From Candidatus Bathyarchaeota archaeon (GTDB taxonomy: Archaea > Thermoproteota > Bathyarchaeia > 40CM-2-53-6), in assembly GCA_005884195.1 (NCBI GenBank), contig VBBP01000057.1, forward strand, positions 17,241 through 81,240: DNA of 64,000 nucleotides, given 5' to 3'. Positions 1 through 10,086 of this stretch are shown here, piece by piece. The notes below the pieces were generated by a model, which did no database searches, was not told the origin of the DNA, and was given only the letters and a program-made list of their open reading frames with translations. How positions within the stretch are numbered: the first letter of the stretch is position 1; every line of letters begins with the position of its first letter. The translations under genes were made by a program, and so were the position numbers.

Positions 1-1740
1 TGGGACCGATCATCAAACGGACGTGTTGCTTTAGCTCCTCAGAGAGATCATTGGAAGGGTTAGCCACGTTTCTCAATGTCACAAATGCAACGATGGATTC
101 GCCCTTTACCGGATCAGGTCTGCCGGCAACTGCCGCCTCTGCCACCGACGGATGGCTCACAAGGACGTCTTCCACCTCCTTTGTCCCCAATCGATGACCC
201 GCCACCTTGATCACCTCGTCTGCTCTACCTAACAGCCAGAAGTAGCCATCAGTGTCACGCATCGCATAGTCGCCTGGATAGTAGAGCCCAGGGAACCGTG
301 TCCAGTAGACCTGGCGATACCTTTCCGGGTCCTTGTAGAGCGTCATGAACATGCCTGGCCAAGGCTTCTTGACGACGAGGAATCCTTTCTCCTCAGGCGC
401 AAGGGTCTGACCCTTTTCATCGACAACGTCAGCATCCACGCCCGGGAGGGGAAGCGTCGCGGAGCCGGCCTTCAATAGGACGAGACCCAGGTGCGGGCTC
501 GGCGAGATCATGATCCCACCAGTCTCGGTCTGCCACCAAGTATCGACGATGGGGCAGCGACCTTGCCCTATCACGTCAGAGTACCACTGCCACGCAGCGG
601 GATTAATCGGCTCGCCGACTGACCCCAGCAGACGCAAACTATTGAGATCATGACTACGTGGAAGGTGATCTCCATAGCGCATCAGCGAGCGGATGGCGGT
701 AGGGGAAGTATAGAGAATTGTGACTCCATAACGCTCCACTATTTCCCACCATCTACCAGGGTCCGGATAATCCAGCGCTCCCTCGTACATCACTGAGGTG
801 AGGCCGTGCATCAACGGAGCAAACACGAGGTAGGTGTGTCCTGTGACCCATCCTATGTCCGCGGTGCACCAGTAAACATCCTCATCTTTCGCATCAAACA
901 CCCACTCCTGAGTAGCATAGGCGAACGTGAGATAGCCACCAGTACCGTGAGCAACACCCTTCGGTTTCCCCGTTGTCCCCGACGTATAGAGAATGTAGAG
1001 GAGATGAGTCGACTCGACAGGCACAGGCGCAACATAGCTCTCTGCCTTCGCCATCAGATCATGCCACCAATGATCCCTACCCTCACTCATCGGCACATTA
1101 TCGCCAGTCCGCCGAAAAACCACCACATGCTTCACACTAGGCGATTCGTTCACCGCGTCGTCAACAATGCTCTTCAGCCTCAAGATCTTTCCCCTACGAT
1201 AACCGCCATCAGCTGTCACAACGATCTTTGCCTCACAATCTTGGATACGCTCCGCGAGCGCCTTCGCGCTGAACCCTGAGAAGACCACTGTGAACGGCAG
1301 TCCGAGTCTGGCGCATGCGAGCATTGCGATCGGGAACTCGGGCACCAGCGGCATGTAGATTGCCACCGTGTCGCCCTTCCGGAGACCAAAGTGTTGAAGA
1401 ACGCTGGCGAACCTGTTCACTTCGCGATAGAGTTCTCGATACGTGATAGACCGATGCTCGCCTGCTTCGCCCTCCCAGAGATAGGCAGCCTTGTTCTTAC
1501 GCCAGGATTTCACATGCTTGTCGACCGCGTTCTCGGACGCGTTCAGCGTTCCTCCAACAAACCATTGGGCAAACGGCGGGTCCCACTTCAGCACCTTGTC
1601 CCAGTTCTTGTGCCAGACAAGCTGACGGGCAATGTTGGCCCAGAAAGATTCTATGTCCTCGAGGGAATCTCTTTGGAAAGAGAGATATTTCTCCTTAGGC
1701 TCGTATCTCATCTCTACGGGAAGTCTGGCAGAGTTCGACA
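1..1740 (-). CDS. acs: acetyl-CoA synthetase (AMP-forming), C-terminus cut by window edge
   Basis: Minus-strand translation from ATG (rc of 1738-1740) gives MSNSARLPVEMRYEPKEKYLSF..WHKNWDKVLKWDPPFAQWFVGGTLNASENAVDKH..YTSGTTGKPKGVAHG..; ORF stays open to position 1. Confidence 0.85.
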
Positions 1741-1800
1741 TTTACCGAGGTAGAGTTCATCATAACTTAAAAACGGGTCGCTTGGAAATTGCACGGTGAT

Positions 1801-2310
1801 ATGGGCATGTCTAAGCCAATCCAATCGAAGCGGACACGGAGCCTAGCGGAGCGGTATGAGATGCTGAGGAAGACGCTGGCTCACTATCTTCTCCTCCAAG
1901 TAGGTACATTCGTTGGCCTCGCCGGGTTCGACGCGGTTGGGCCTGCAATGAACATGCTGACGGACATGAAGGCGAATCTGAAAGTTGAGGAGATCAAAGC
2001 GAGAGGCGAGGGAAGTAGGGTTGAAGCTCTTTCCCAGAATCTGGCCGAGAGTATGGGCGAGACATTTGCCAGCGACTACGATATTGAAACAGGCGATGGA
2101 TTCCGGACCGTTAAGCTGGATCGGTGCGGGTGCATAGAATCTGTGCTGGCTCAAGCAGACTCGTATGGGCTGACCAAGCCCCAGGCTAGGTCAATATTTT
2201 GCAGCACGTGCATAGGCAGCTACAAGAAGGCCGCTGAAACTCTGGAACTTGGATTCCAGGGTAAGCTTCGCGGCGAACACGGCTGCTCAATGAGGTTCTC
2301 CAAGAAATAG
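1801..2310 (+). CDS. hypothetical protein with CGC..CxxC cysteines
   Basis: ORF track 1789..2310 starts at TTG; first ATG at 1801 (MGMSKPIQSK..). No family recognised. Divergent from acs with ~60 bp spacer. Confidence 0.4.
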   Translation: MGMSKPIQSKRTRSLAERYEMLRKTLAHYLLLQVGTFVGLAGFDAVGPAMNMLTDMKANLKVEEIKARGEGSRVEALSQNLAESMGETFASDYDIETGDGFRTVKLDRCGCIESVLAQADSYGLTKPQARSIFCSTCIGSYKKAAETLELGFQGKLRGEHGCSMRFSKK

Positions 2311-2367
2311 CCACCCTCCGACCCCGGAGAGGATTCTTGTCCTACTGGGGTTTCTGCATTGCATGTT

Positions 2368-2847
2368 CTAGTTTGTAGTTGGAGGAACAGGTCCGCGTGA
2401 AGAGTGGGGGTCTTCTCGTGGCTGGCTCGGTGTATTGCTGTCGCCTTTGAACGATTTGAACCAGACTGGGAAGAAACTCTGGACCGCCAAGGCCAGTAGG
2501 ACGAGGAACAGGACTTGGATTCCCGAGAAGATGTTTGTGGGGAGTCTGGAACTGGTGAACCCAAGGTCCACCGCGAACTGTGTTGCGCTTCCGATAATCT
2601 GTACAAAGCCCGCGACAGCCGTGAGGGCGAAGCCTCTTCTTAGGCCCGTACCGGTTAATCCTCTCGAGAGGATGAGAGATAGGGTTGTGAGGACAAGTAC
2701 TGCTCCGATGGCAATAACGTCTAGCGCAACCGCGACAGTGTCCAAGGACCCAGGCACTGAGATGTTGAACGAGGTTCCCCTCAAGAAATTGTTGTAACCC
2801 GCGGTCGTACACGGAGGACCAGAATCGAGAGAATCGGCAATTAGCAT
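2368..2847 (-). CDS. hypothetical multi-pass membrane protein
   Basis: 159-aa ORF with several hydrophobic stretches (AVALDVIAIGAVLVLTTLSLIL; VLFLVLLALAVQSFFPVWF). Overlapping alternative frames (2342..2875 -, 2435..2797 +) look less protein-like. Confidence 0.4.
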   Translation of the reverse strand: MLIADSLDSGPPCTTAGYNNFLRGTSFNISVPGSLDTVAVALDVIAIGAVLVLTTLSLILSRGLTGTGLRRGFALTAVAGFVQIIGSATQFAVDLGFTSSRLPTNIFSGIQVLFLVLLALAVQSFFPVWFKSFKGDSNTPSQPREDPHSSRGPVPPTTN

Positions 2848-2971
2848 GGAAAGCTTGATCTGATCTGGGGCGCATCTGTAACGAGTGTGGGCTGTGAAGC
2901 AGTTACAATGCGGATTTCAAAGATGCCTCGGCGTCGTAGTCTATCGGAGCTTAGGATTTTAGGCCAAGGAG

Positions 2972-3147
2972 GTGAGCCTGACGCCAAACAAGAGAGGGTC
3001 TTTCGGTGGATACGGGATCGAACTAGACGAGCATCTCGCCACTGTACTCGGTGGGAAAGAAGGACAGAAGGTCACACCATCCGAGATGACCAAGAGACTC
3101 TGGCAATACATAAAGCGGCACAACCTCGGCAAGAAAGACGGTAACTA
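2972..3147 (+). CDS. small SWIB/MDM2-domain-like protein (N-terminal half only), GTG start
   Basis: Frame not in ORF track (no ATG): VSLTPNKRGSFGGYGIELDEHLATVLGGKEGQKVTPSEMTKRLWQYIKRHNLGKKDGN*. Matches the SWIB pattern ..LSpeLa.flG....sRtevvK.lWeYIK.nnLqd. GGAGG directly precedes the GTG. Frame opens only at the stop at 2960. Confidence 0.3.
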
Positions 3148-3346
3148 GCATTACCGAGCTTGCCCTGGCCGCCTAAACCCCAAGCCCACTTTTTTGGGAT
3201 CATTCCTTCTCAATCTTCACGATAGATTGGACAAAATGAGAATGACTCCGAGGCCCGTTTACCCATTCCATGACTTCCCTGTCCACGCGTTCTAAGTACA
3301 CAGGTTACAGCATGTTTACACTAGTCCGTAGAACGAAGGCATAGTC

Positions 3347-3718
3347 ATGCCAACTTCACCTACAAGGACAAAGAAAGCGCTCCAGGAGCTAGCTAAAGTG
3401 TTCAACAAGCTCGCCTCAGAACTCACCGCAGACCTTAACGCGGCAATCAATGAGATCGACAGTCTGAAAAGAGAAGTGCAGAGAATAAAATCCGCCTCAG
3501 GCAAGACAAGCAAGACAACAACATCCCCGAAGAAAACCAATCCGTCCAAGACGAGTCGCCCGCACACCACAAAAGGAGCCCAGCAAGGCACCCACACAAG
3601 TCACCACGAATCAAGCCACGACACGAAGACGCCAGTCGACACAGGCTCATTCGTCTTCCCCCACGAGCCATTCAACCCATCTCCACCGCCCGAGCCTGCT
3701 CCGCCCGGAAACAACTAG
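3347..3718 (+). CDS. hypothetical protein, coiled-coil N-terminus with K/T/S/P-rich low-complexity tail
   Basis: 123-aa ORF. Composition-biased tail (SGKTSKTTTSPKKTNPSKTSRPHTTKG..). No family recognised. Confidence 0.3.
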   Translation: MPTSPTRTKKALQELAKVFNKLASELTADLNAAINEIDSLKREVQRIKSASGKTSKTTTSPKKTNPSKTSRPHTTKGAQQGTHTSHHESSHDTKTPVDTGSFVFPHEPFNPSPPPEPAPPGNN

Positions 3719-3897
3719 CTAGCCCTCCTAGCCAAGAATCAGTGCGGGAAAGAGCGGGCTCACAAGAGCCCGACCCTTCGCCATCTAGTGCTTTCTCCAC
3801 ATTTCCTATCGATACCATTCTGCGATTTTTCTGAGCTTAAAGAGTCCCAAGCCTCGACTTGTAAGGTGGTTGGAGAAGGCGGGGACGCCGACTGGGA

Positions 3898-4917
3898 GTG
3901 ATGCTGACGCCGATTCTGAAACGAGAGCAAACCACGCTCAAGGCCCTCAAAGGCGCGTCCTTCGCGATCGATGCTAGCATTGAGATCCACCAATTTCTAG
4001 CTCTCATCAGAAAGAGAGATGGGACCCTTTTCACTGACCCGCAAGGAAGAGTAACTTCGCACCTTATCGGTCTGCTCACCAGAACCAGCCGACTGATCGC
4101 AGATTTCGACATGAAACCTGTCTTCGTCTTCGATGGAAGACCCAATCCTCTGAAGAGGATGACGATCGAGATGAGGAGAGCAGCGACGAAGAAGGCCGAG
4201 ATTGAGTACAGTGATGCGGTTTCAAAGAAGGATCATGCGAAGGCATGGTCCAAGGCTGTCATGACCGGCCGTCTCACCGGATCAATACTCGATGATGCGA
4301 AACGGCTTCTAATGTTGATGGGTATTCCGTGGCTCGAAGCGCTGGAGGATGCGGAAGCTCAAGCGAGCTTCATGGCTGCCAGAGGAGATGTCTGGGCCGT
4401 TGGAAGCAAAGACTACGACTGCTTGCTCTACGGCGCTCCAGTCCTCGCACGATATCTGACCCTGACGGGACGAGAGTGGCTTCCGGCCCAACGGCGGTCC
4501 CGGCCGTTGATTCCGGAGTTGATCAGGCTCTCAAAGAACCTCGCGCTACTAGGGATAAGCCGCGAACAGCTGGTTGATCTCGCGATTCTCGTCGGGACCG
4601 ACTTCAACCAGGGGGTAAAGGGAATAGGCCCCAAGAAAGCCTTGAAACTAGTCCACGAGTCCGGTTCAATAGAACATATGCCTGAAGAGATCAGATCAAA
4701 AATCACAGAAGATCTCAGCAGTGTCCGTCAGATATTCCTGAAACCAAGAGTTCTCGAAAAATATAACCTCCGAAGGTCTCCACCTGATCGTGACGGACTT
4801 GTCGAGTTCCTGTCGGTGGAACGGGGCTTCAACAGGGGAAGAGTTGAGCGGTTAGCGGAACGGCTCACTAGGACGAGAAAGAACACGGACGCCGGGTTGG
4901 GACAGTGGCTCAACTAG
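3898..4917 (+). CDS. fen: flap endonuclease FEN-1
   Basis: ASFAIDASIEIHQFL, KPVFVFDGRPNPLK, ILVGTDFNQGVKGIGPKKA are XPG-N/XPG-I/H3TH hallmarks. 3' end overlaps the ligase start by 13 nt. Confidence 0.9.
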   Translation: MMLTPILKREQTTLKALKGASFAIDASIEIHQFLALIRKRDGTLFTDPQGRVTSHLIGLLTRTSRLIADFDMKPVFVFDGRPNPLKRMTIEMRRAATKKAEIEYSDAVSKKDHAKAWSKAVMTGRLTGSILDDAKRLLMLMGIPWLEALEDAEAQASFMAARGDVWAVGSKDYDCLLYGAPVLARYLTLTGREWLPAQRRSRPLIPELIRLSKNLALLGISREQLVDLAILVGTDFNQGVKGIGPKKALKLVHESGSIEHMPEEIRSKITEDLSSVRQIFLKPRVLEKYNLRRSPPDRDGLVEFLSVERGFNRGRVERLAERLTRTRKNTDAGLGQWLN

Positions 4918-6530
4918 AAAAACAGCCCGCTCAATTCTCGATCGTTGCGCAACTATGCCGGTCTCTTGAAGAGACAACTAAGAGAAACGAGAAGATCCGG
5001 CTCATCGGTGAGGTCCTTAGAAAAATCAGACCAGAGGACGTGGCTTACGTGACATTATTCTTGGCGGGGAAGCCGTTCCCTGAAGCTGATCCTCGGGTTC
5101 TAGAGATAAGCTACTCCACTCTGTCAGCAGCAGGACTGACTATGAACCAGACACTTCTCACAGAAAACACGCATTCGTTAACGATCGCTGAGGTCTTCGG
5201 TACCCTAGAGAAACTTGCAGAGGTAAAAGGGGCGGGGTCCAAGGAGAAAAGGCTGACACTTCTCGGTTCTCTGCTCAATCGGACAACGCCGTTGGAGACG
5301 GAATATCTCAGCCGAATGTTACTTGGAGAGATGCGGATCGGTGTTGTCGAGGGAGTCTTGCTGGACTCGATCGCAGAAGCCTCAGGCGTCTCCCGACAAC
5401 TAGTCAGGCGTGCACACATGCTGCACGGAGACATCGGTGACGTCGCAAGGATGGCTATGACTGAGGGTTCGGCAGCGCTTGAGAAGGTAGGACTACGACT
5501 GTTTGTACCAGTCAAGCCAATGCTCGCGGAGATGGCAGATGACATCCCTCAAGTCCTTTCCGAGCACAAAGAGGGTAGCGCGTTCGAGTACAAGTTCGAC
5601 GGTGCCAGAATCCAGATCCACAGAATAGAAGATAAGGTCAAGATTTTCAGCCGGCGACTAACCGATGTCACAGATAGTATTCCGGAAATGGTGGATTATG
5701 CCAAGACGAAGGTGAAAGTATCAGAGTTCTTGATTGAAGGGGAAGTCGTCGCTCTTGGAGAGGGAGGAAAGCCGGTACCCTTTCAGGATCTGATGCGCAG
5801 GTTTCGACGAGTCCACGGGATCGAGGACATGGTCGAGAGAATCCCTTTGCGGCTCTATCTTTTTGATCTCCTCCAGTCCGAAGGGAAGACCCTGATAGAT
5901 CTTCCATATACCGAACGGTGGGAGATACTCTCCAGCCTCGTTCCAACCGAATCTCTCGCACCGAGAGTTGTGTCCCGGGACCCTAGGGTCGTGGAGGTTT
6001 TCTTGCAGTCTGCGCTGAAAGAGGGGCATGAGGGGCTTATGGCGAAATCGCTCACAAGCGATTACTCTCCTGGCGCCCGTGGCAAGAAGTGGTTCAAGAT
6101 CAAGCCCGTTGACAGGCTCGATTTGGTCATCGTTGCGGCAGATTGGGGTAGCGGCAGAAGGGTGGGCTGGCTGAGCAACTATCATCTAGCAGTTAGGGAC
6201 GATGAGACCGGCGAGTACCTCGTTGTTGGAAAGACGTTCAAGGGCTTGAGAGATGCAGAGTTTGATATGATAACCAAACGGCTTCAAGCGCTGAAGACCA
6301 AGGAATCCAAATGGACCGTTCATGTGAAACCGGAAATCGTTGTCGAGGTTGCTCATAATGAGGTTCAGAAGAGTCCCCGGTACAAATCGGGATTCGCACT
6401 GCGGTTTGCGAGAATCGCGAAGTTCAGAGACGACAAGACCCCTGAGGAAGCCGACACGATTCAAAGGCTACGCAAGCTATACGAGAAACAGTTTGAAAAC
6501 AAAGGCAGGTTGCTAAAGGAAGTCTCTTGA
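4905..6530 (+). CDS. lig: ATP-dependent DNA ligase
   Basis: KFDGARIQIH (KxDG adenylation motif), EGLMAKS, FDLL, OB-fold C-terminus. GTG start 4905. Stop overlaps the next gene. Confidence 0.9.
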   Translation: MAQLEKQPAQFSIVAQLCRSLEETTKRNEKIRLIGEVLRKIRPEDVAYVTLFLAGKPFPEADPRVLEISYSTLSAAGLTMNQTLLTENTHSLTIAEVFGTLEKLAEVKGAGSKEKRLTLLGSLLNRTTPLETEYLSRMLLGEMRIGVVEGVLLDSIAEASGVSRQLVRRAHMLHGDIGDVARMAMTEGSAALEKVGLRLFVPVKPMLAEMADDIPQVLSEHKEGSAFEYKFDGARIQIHRIEDKVKIFSRRLTDVTDSIPEMVDYAKTKVKVSEFLIEGEVVALGEGGKPVPFQDLMRRFRRVHGIEDMVERIPLRLYLFDLLQSEGKTLIDLPYTERWEILSSLVPTESLAPRVVSRDPRVVEVFLQSALKEGHEGLMAKSLTSDYSPGARGKKWFKIKPVDRLDLVIVAADWGSGRRVGWLSNYHLAVRDDETGEYLVVGKTFKGLRDAEFDMITKRLQALKTKESKWTVHVKPEIVVEVAHNEVQKSPRYKSGFALRFARIAKFRDDKTPEEADTIQRLRKLYEKQFENKGRLLKEVS

Positions 6531-7210
6531 AAGTAGCAGTTCTTTTCAGTGGAGGCAAGGACAGCACGTACGCCACATGGATCGCTCAGCATCAAGCGTG
6601 GGAGGTAGAGGCTCTCGTGAGCGTTCAGCCAAAGGGAGTTGAGTCATTCATGTTTCACTTTCCCAACATGCGATGGACTAGGCTTCAGGCCGAGGCAATG
6701 GGCCTTCCACATCGGACTATCATGGCCGGTCAGGACGAACTGTTGAGCCTTCGGGAAGGATTAGAACAGATCCGACAGGAGCTTGGGGTCCAAGGGATTG
6801 TGACTGGAGCTGTCGCAAGCGACTATCAAAAGACCCGGATCGACCAGATCTGTGACGTGCTAGGCCTCAAGAGCTTCGCCCCGCTCTGGCAAAAAGACCC
6901 CAGGACACTGGTAAGCGATTTGAACGCTGCTGGATTCAAGATTATTGTCTCAGGCGTTGGAGCTGCTGGGCTTGAAGAGACGTGGCTAGGTCAAGAAATG
7001 ACGGACGAGCGGTGGGCTATGCTGGAGAAACTATCAAGGAAACACGGAATACATCTGACTGGTGAGGGTGGCGAGTACGAGACGTTCGTGCTCGACGCGC
7101 CTCACTTCAAAAGTCGGGTTAGTGTCGGCGAGACGACTAATCGGTGGGATGGACAGAGCGGTTACTTGGTTATCGAAAAGGCTTCGTTACTGCATAAGTC
7201 TGCGAACTGA
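6527..7210 (+). CDS. dph6: diphthine-ammonia ligase-like PP-loop ATPase (MJ0570 family)
   Basis: MKVAVLFSGGKDST PP-loop at the N-terminus, length ~227 aa. TTG start overlapping the ligase stop (TTGA). aEF-2, the diphthamide target, is encoded in the same window. Confidence 0.65.
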   Translation: MKVAVLFSGGKDSTYATWIAQHQAWEVEALVSVQPKGVESFMFHFPNMRWTRLQAEAMGLPHRTIMAGQDELLSLREGLEQIRQELGVQGIVTGAVASDYQKTRIDQICDVLGLKSFAPLWQKDPRTLVSDLNAAGFKIIVSGVGAAGLEETWLGQEMTDERWAMLEKLSRKHGIHLTGEGGEYETFVLDAPHFKSRVSVGETTNRWDGQSGYLVIEKASLLHKSAN

Positions 7211-8494
7211 AGCGCTGACTCCTTCGTCGATCTTCGCGGGAGCCAACCTAGTGTACTTTCTGTTTTTCATCAGGACCTTCCCATCTACTATTGTTGTATC
7301 GACGTTGTAGCCGCTCGCCGAGTAGACGAGATCTGAAACTACTGTTTCTTTTCCGTGAATAGGCATCATGCTTGGCTCTTTCAGATCGATAAGAATTAGG
7401 TCAGCCCTTTTGCCCTTCTCTATGCTGCCTATCTCCTTCTCCTTGCCAATCGCGCGGGCTCCATCGATTGTGGCCATGTCGAGTACCTTCTGAGCGTTAG
7501 CGATTGTTGCGTCCCATCGGTGCGCTTTGTGCGATAGGGCGCAAATCTTCATCGTGTCGAACATGTCAAGGCTGTTATTGCTGGCAGGTCCATCTGTTCC
7601 AAGCCCGACTCGAACTCCTGCCTCCCACATCTCCGGCAACGGTGCTACGCTCCCTCCTGCCAGTTTCATATTTGAAGCCGGACAGTGAGCGACTCTGACG
7701 CCTCGCCTTCCATACAACTTGACCTCCGATTTTGTCAACCAGACCGAGTGGGCGGCAAGCACTCTATCGCCCAGAAAGCCTATCTTGTCAAGATAATCTA
7801 CTTCGCGAGATTTCTTGTCTCGCTCAAACTTTGCCTGTTCTCCTCGGGTCTCAGCGATGTGAGTGTTGACTAGGACGTCTTCCCTTTCAGCTTCCTTTCT
7901 ACACCAGAGCAGAGTTTCCTCGCTGCAAGTATAGGGAGAATGAGGCCCGAACGCAAACGATATTCTGGGCGACTTCATCGCGCGGACATGTTGGAGCAGT
8001 TTCAGGGAGCTTTTCCGCTCCTTTTCTTTGCCCTCCCGGGTTGGGGGATCGATCATTCCGTAAGAGAGTATTCCTCTGAGCCCTGCCTCCTCGGTTGCCC
8101 GGGCGACGTCTTCCATGTGAAAGTACATGTCAACGAAACACGTCGTTCCGGTTCTCGTCATCTCCATCGCCCCCAGAAGCGCTCCAAAATAGCACATTTC
8201 CCCCGTGAGTCTTTTCTCAAGAGGCCAGATCTTCTTCTCCAACCAATCCTGGAGCTCTAGGTCGTCCGCGTATCCTCGGAAGAGAGTCATTGAAAGATGA
8301 GTGTGAGTGTTGATCAAGCCCGGAATCAGCACTTTCCCTCTGCAATCGATTACCTCGTCCTTGCCGGACCCTTGAGTTATGCCCATGTCACGAATCGTTC
8401 CGCTGTCATCAATGCTGACAGAGGAGTTCCGCAGAATCTCTCTATCAGGGTTCTGCGTTATCACCCAGTCGCAATCTTTCAGGAACAATCCCAT
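7187..8494 (-). CDS. mtaD: amidohydrolase-family deaminase (5'-methylthioadenosine/S-adenosylhomocysteine deaminase-like)
   Basis: GLINTHTHLSMTLFRGYADDLELQDWL, HCPASNMKL, GLGTDGPASNNSLD metal-binding motifs of the MtaD/chlorohydrolase subgroup. Confidence 0.65.
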   Translation of the reverse strand: MGLFLKDCDWVITQNPDREILRNSSVSIDDSGTIRDMGITQGSGKDEVIDCRGKVLIPGLINTHTHLSMTLFRGYADDLELQDWLEKKIWPLEKRLTGEMCYFGALLGAMEMTRTGTTCFVDMYFHMEDVARATEEAGLRGILSYGMIDPPTREGKEKERKSSLKLLQHVRAMKSPRISFAFGPHSPYTCSEETLLWCRKEAEREDVLVNTHIAETRGEQAKFERDKKSREVDYLDKIGFLGDRVLAAHSVWLTKSEVKLYGRRGVRVAHCPASNMKLAGGSVAPLPEMWEAGVRVGLGTDGPASNNSLDMFDTMKICALSHKAHRWDATIANAQKVLDMATIDGARAIGKEKEIGSIEKGKRADLILIDLKEPSMMPIHGKETVVSDLVYSASGYNVDTTIVDGKVLMKNRKYTRLAPAKIDEGVSASVRRLMQ

Positions 8495-8498
8495 GGAT

Positions 8499-9188
8499 CT
8501 AGGCCTCTGCGCGAAGCTGGGTTTGAGAGTGGACTCCTTTTGAAGGCTTGTAGGAGGCGTCCAGAAGGGCTCTAACGCTCAAGGCCTTGGCTTTTCCGAC
8601 TCCAGCTCCGATAGCCATTTCCGTCACAGAAGCACTGAATGTCCGTCTTAACGATCCAAAATGGGACAGCAATTGTTCAGCGGTGCGAGGCCCTATACCG
8701 GGAACCGAACTGACAATGGATTCCTGAATTCTCCTAAGGTCGCCGGACCTCGGCTTCCGGACGACGAGTGGAGGGGGCCCCCGATGCCCCTTGTACCGTC
8801 CGCCTCTCCCAAGAGTGATCAGGAACTCAGCCGTCTCTTTCGCATCGCGCGTAAAGAAGCAGTGCAAGCCGAAATCTAAAACCGCAGAAATCAGGGCACC
8901 CCAAAGAGAACGCGGGTTCCGTGATCTCTTGAGTTCGTCGTCGAGACTTCCCTCAACGACCAGAATCTTGTCTCTGTACGACTCGCCTATCCTATAGGCT
9001 TGATCGAAAAGCCTTCCGCTAAACAATGAGGAGACGAAGTCCCGCGCGGATTTTCGCTCGACTGCATACTCACCAACTATGTAATCTGCTACCTCAAGGA
9101 CCCTATATTCAACCGAGACTCCCTTCGAGCGGAGCTCATCAGGAACACCAGATGGCTTCTCCCTTTCATCAACAGCTATGCGAACCAT
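8499..9188 (-). CDS. xpf: short-form XPF/ERCC4 nuclease with C-terminal (HhH)2
   Basis: ERCC4 nuclease core (VDEREKPSGVPDEL..VEYRVLEVADYIV..ERKSARDF) plus VPGIGPRTAEQLLSHFGSL helix-hairpin-helix. No helicase domain, i.e. the crenarchaeal/thaumarchaeal-type short XPF. Confidence 0.8.
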   Translation of the reverse strand: MVRIAVDEREKPSGVPDELRSKGVSVEYRVLEVADYIVGEYAVERKSARDFVSSLFSGRLFDQAYRIGESYRDKILVVEGSLDDELKRSRNPRSLWGALISAVLDFGLHCFFTRDAKETAEFLITLGRGGRYKGHRGPPPLVVRKPRSGDLRRIQESIVSSVPGIGPRTAEQLLSHFGSLRRTFSASVTEMAIGAGVGKAKALSVRALLDASYKPSKGVHSQTQLRAEA

Positions 9189-9357
9189 AATTGTCCTGAA
9201 ATCTCAACGAGGTTGTCACAACAAAAGACTATGCGAGAAAATAGAACTCAATCTATGGAGGGACACGTGCTCTCTTGCACTGATTGCGAGCGGGAAAATG
9301 CCCCCTTAAGAAAGCAATCCTCAAAAGTAACTGTTCCCGTTTTTGGCGTCGGCCTTG

Positions 9358-10056
9358 ATGGGCATCCCGAAATCAGCCGTAGCCCAGTTGTTGAAGGAGA
9401 GCGAAGACCACTCATGCCGGGAAGCACCTGAGATCTGCGTCAAGGTCATGGCCATCGCAAACCTCCCAACACTATACGGTGACTATCAGGCCGTCGCGTT
9501 CTGGAACAATTTCGACAAGAAAGAGCACGCCGCGTTTGTCCATGGCGATATTTTCGAGAAAGAAGACGTTCCAGTAAGACTCCACTCCGAGTGTCTTACT
9601 GGCGATGCTATTGGCTCACTCCGGTGCGATTGCCGGGAGCAGCTTCAGGAGTCCCTCGCTCGAATAGGTAAGATGGAGAATGGGATCGTTCTCTATCTTA
9701 GACAAGAAGGCCGAGGAATCGGCTTCGTCAATAAGATCAAGGCATACCAATTACAGGATGCTGGTTTCGACACCGTTGAGGCGAACAAGAAGCTGGGCTT
9801 TCGACCGGATGAGCGAGACTACGACATTGCTGCCCATATGCTGATGTCACTCCATGTAAGATCGGTCAAGCTTCTCACAAACAATCCTGACAAGCTGAAG
9901 GATTTGCAGCTTCACGGGATCAAGGTGGCTGAAAGGATCCCGGTCGTGATGCCGCCCAATCAATTCAACAAATTCTACCTGGAGACGAAAAGGAAAAAAC
10001 TAGGCCACATACTGGATATAGAGCAGCGCGATGATCTGGCCTATCCCCATAGCTAA
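9358..10056 (+). CDS. ribA: GTP cyclohydrolase II (bacterial RibA type)
   Basis: VRLHSECLTGDAIGSLRCDCREQL..EGRGIGFVNKIKAYQLQDAGFDTVEAN..LLTNNP aligns with E. coli RibA over its whole length. ORF track starts at TTG 9343; ATGs at 9358 and 9448 (MAIANLPT..) are the likelier starts. Confidence 0.85.
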   Translation: MGIPKSAVAQLLKESEDHSCREAPEICVKVMAIANLPTLYGDYQAVAFWNNFDKKEHAAFVHGDIFEKEDVPVRLHSECLTGDAIGSLRCDCREQLQESLARIGKMENGIVLYLRQEGRGIGFVNKIKAYQLQDAGFDTVEANKKLGFRPDERDYDIAAHMLMSLHVRSVKLLTNNPDKLKDLQLHGIKVAERIPVVMPPNQFNKFYLETKRKKLGHILDIEQRDDLAYPHS

Positions 10057-10086
10057 GATTGAAATTAGCCAGTTCGGTTTTCTGAG

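Noticed and set aside
2342-2875. 177-aa minus ORF and 120-aa plus ORF overlapping the membrane-protein frame
   Set aside because: Composition is Arg/Pro-rich without structure-like features. The hydrophobic 2368..2847 frame is preferred, though confidence is modest.
5111-6464. Minus-strand ORFs inside the DNA ligase gene
   Set aside because: Antisense to a well-supported CDS.
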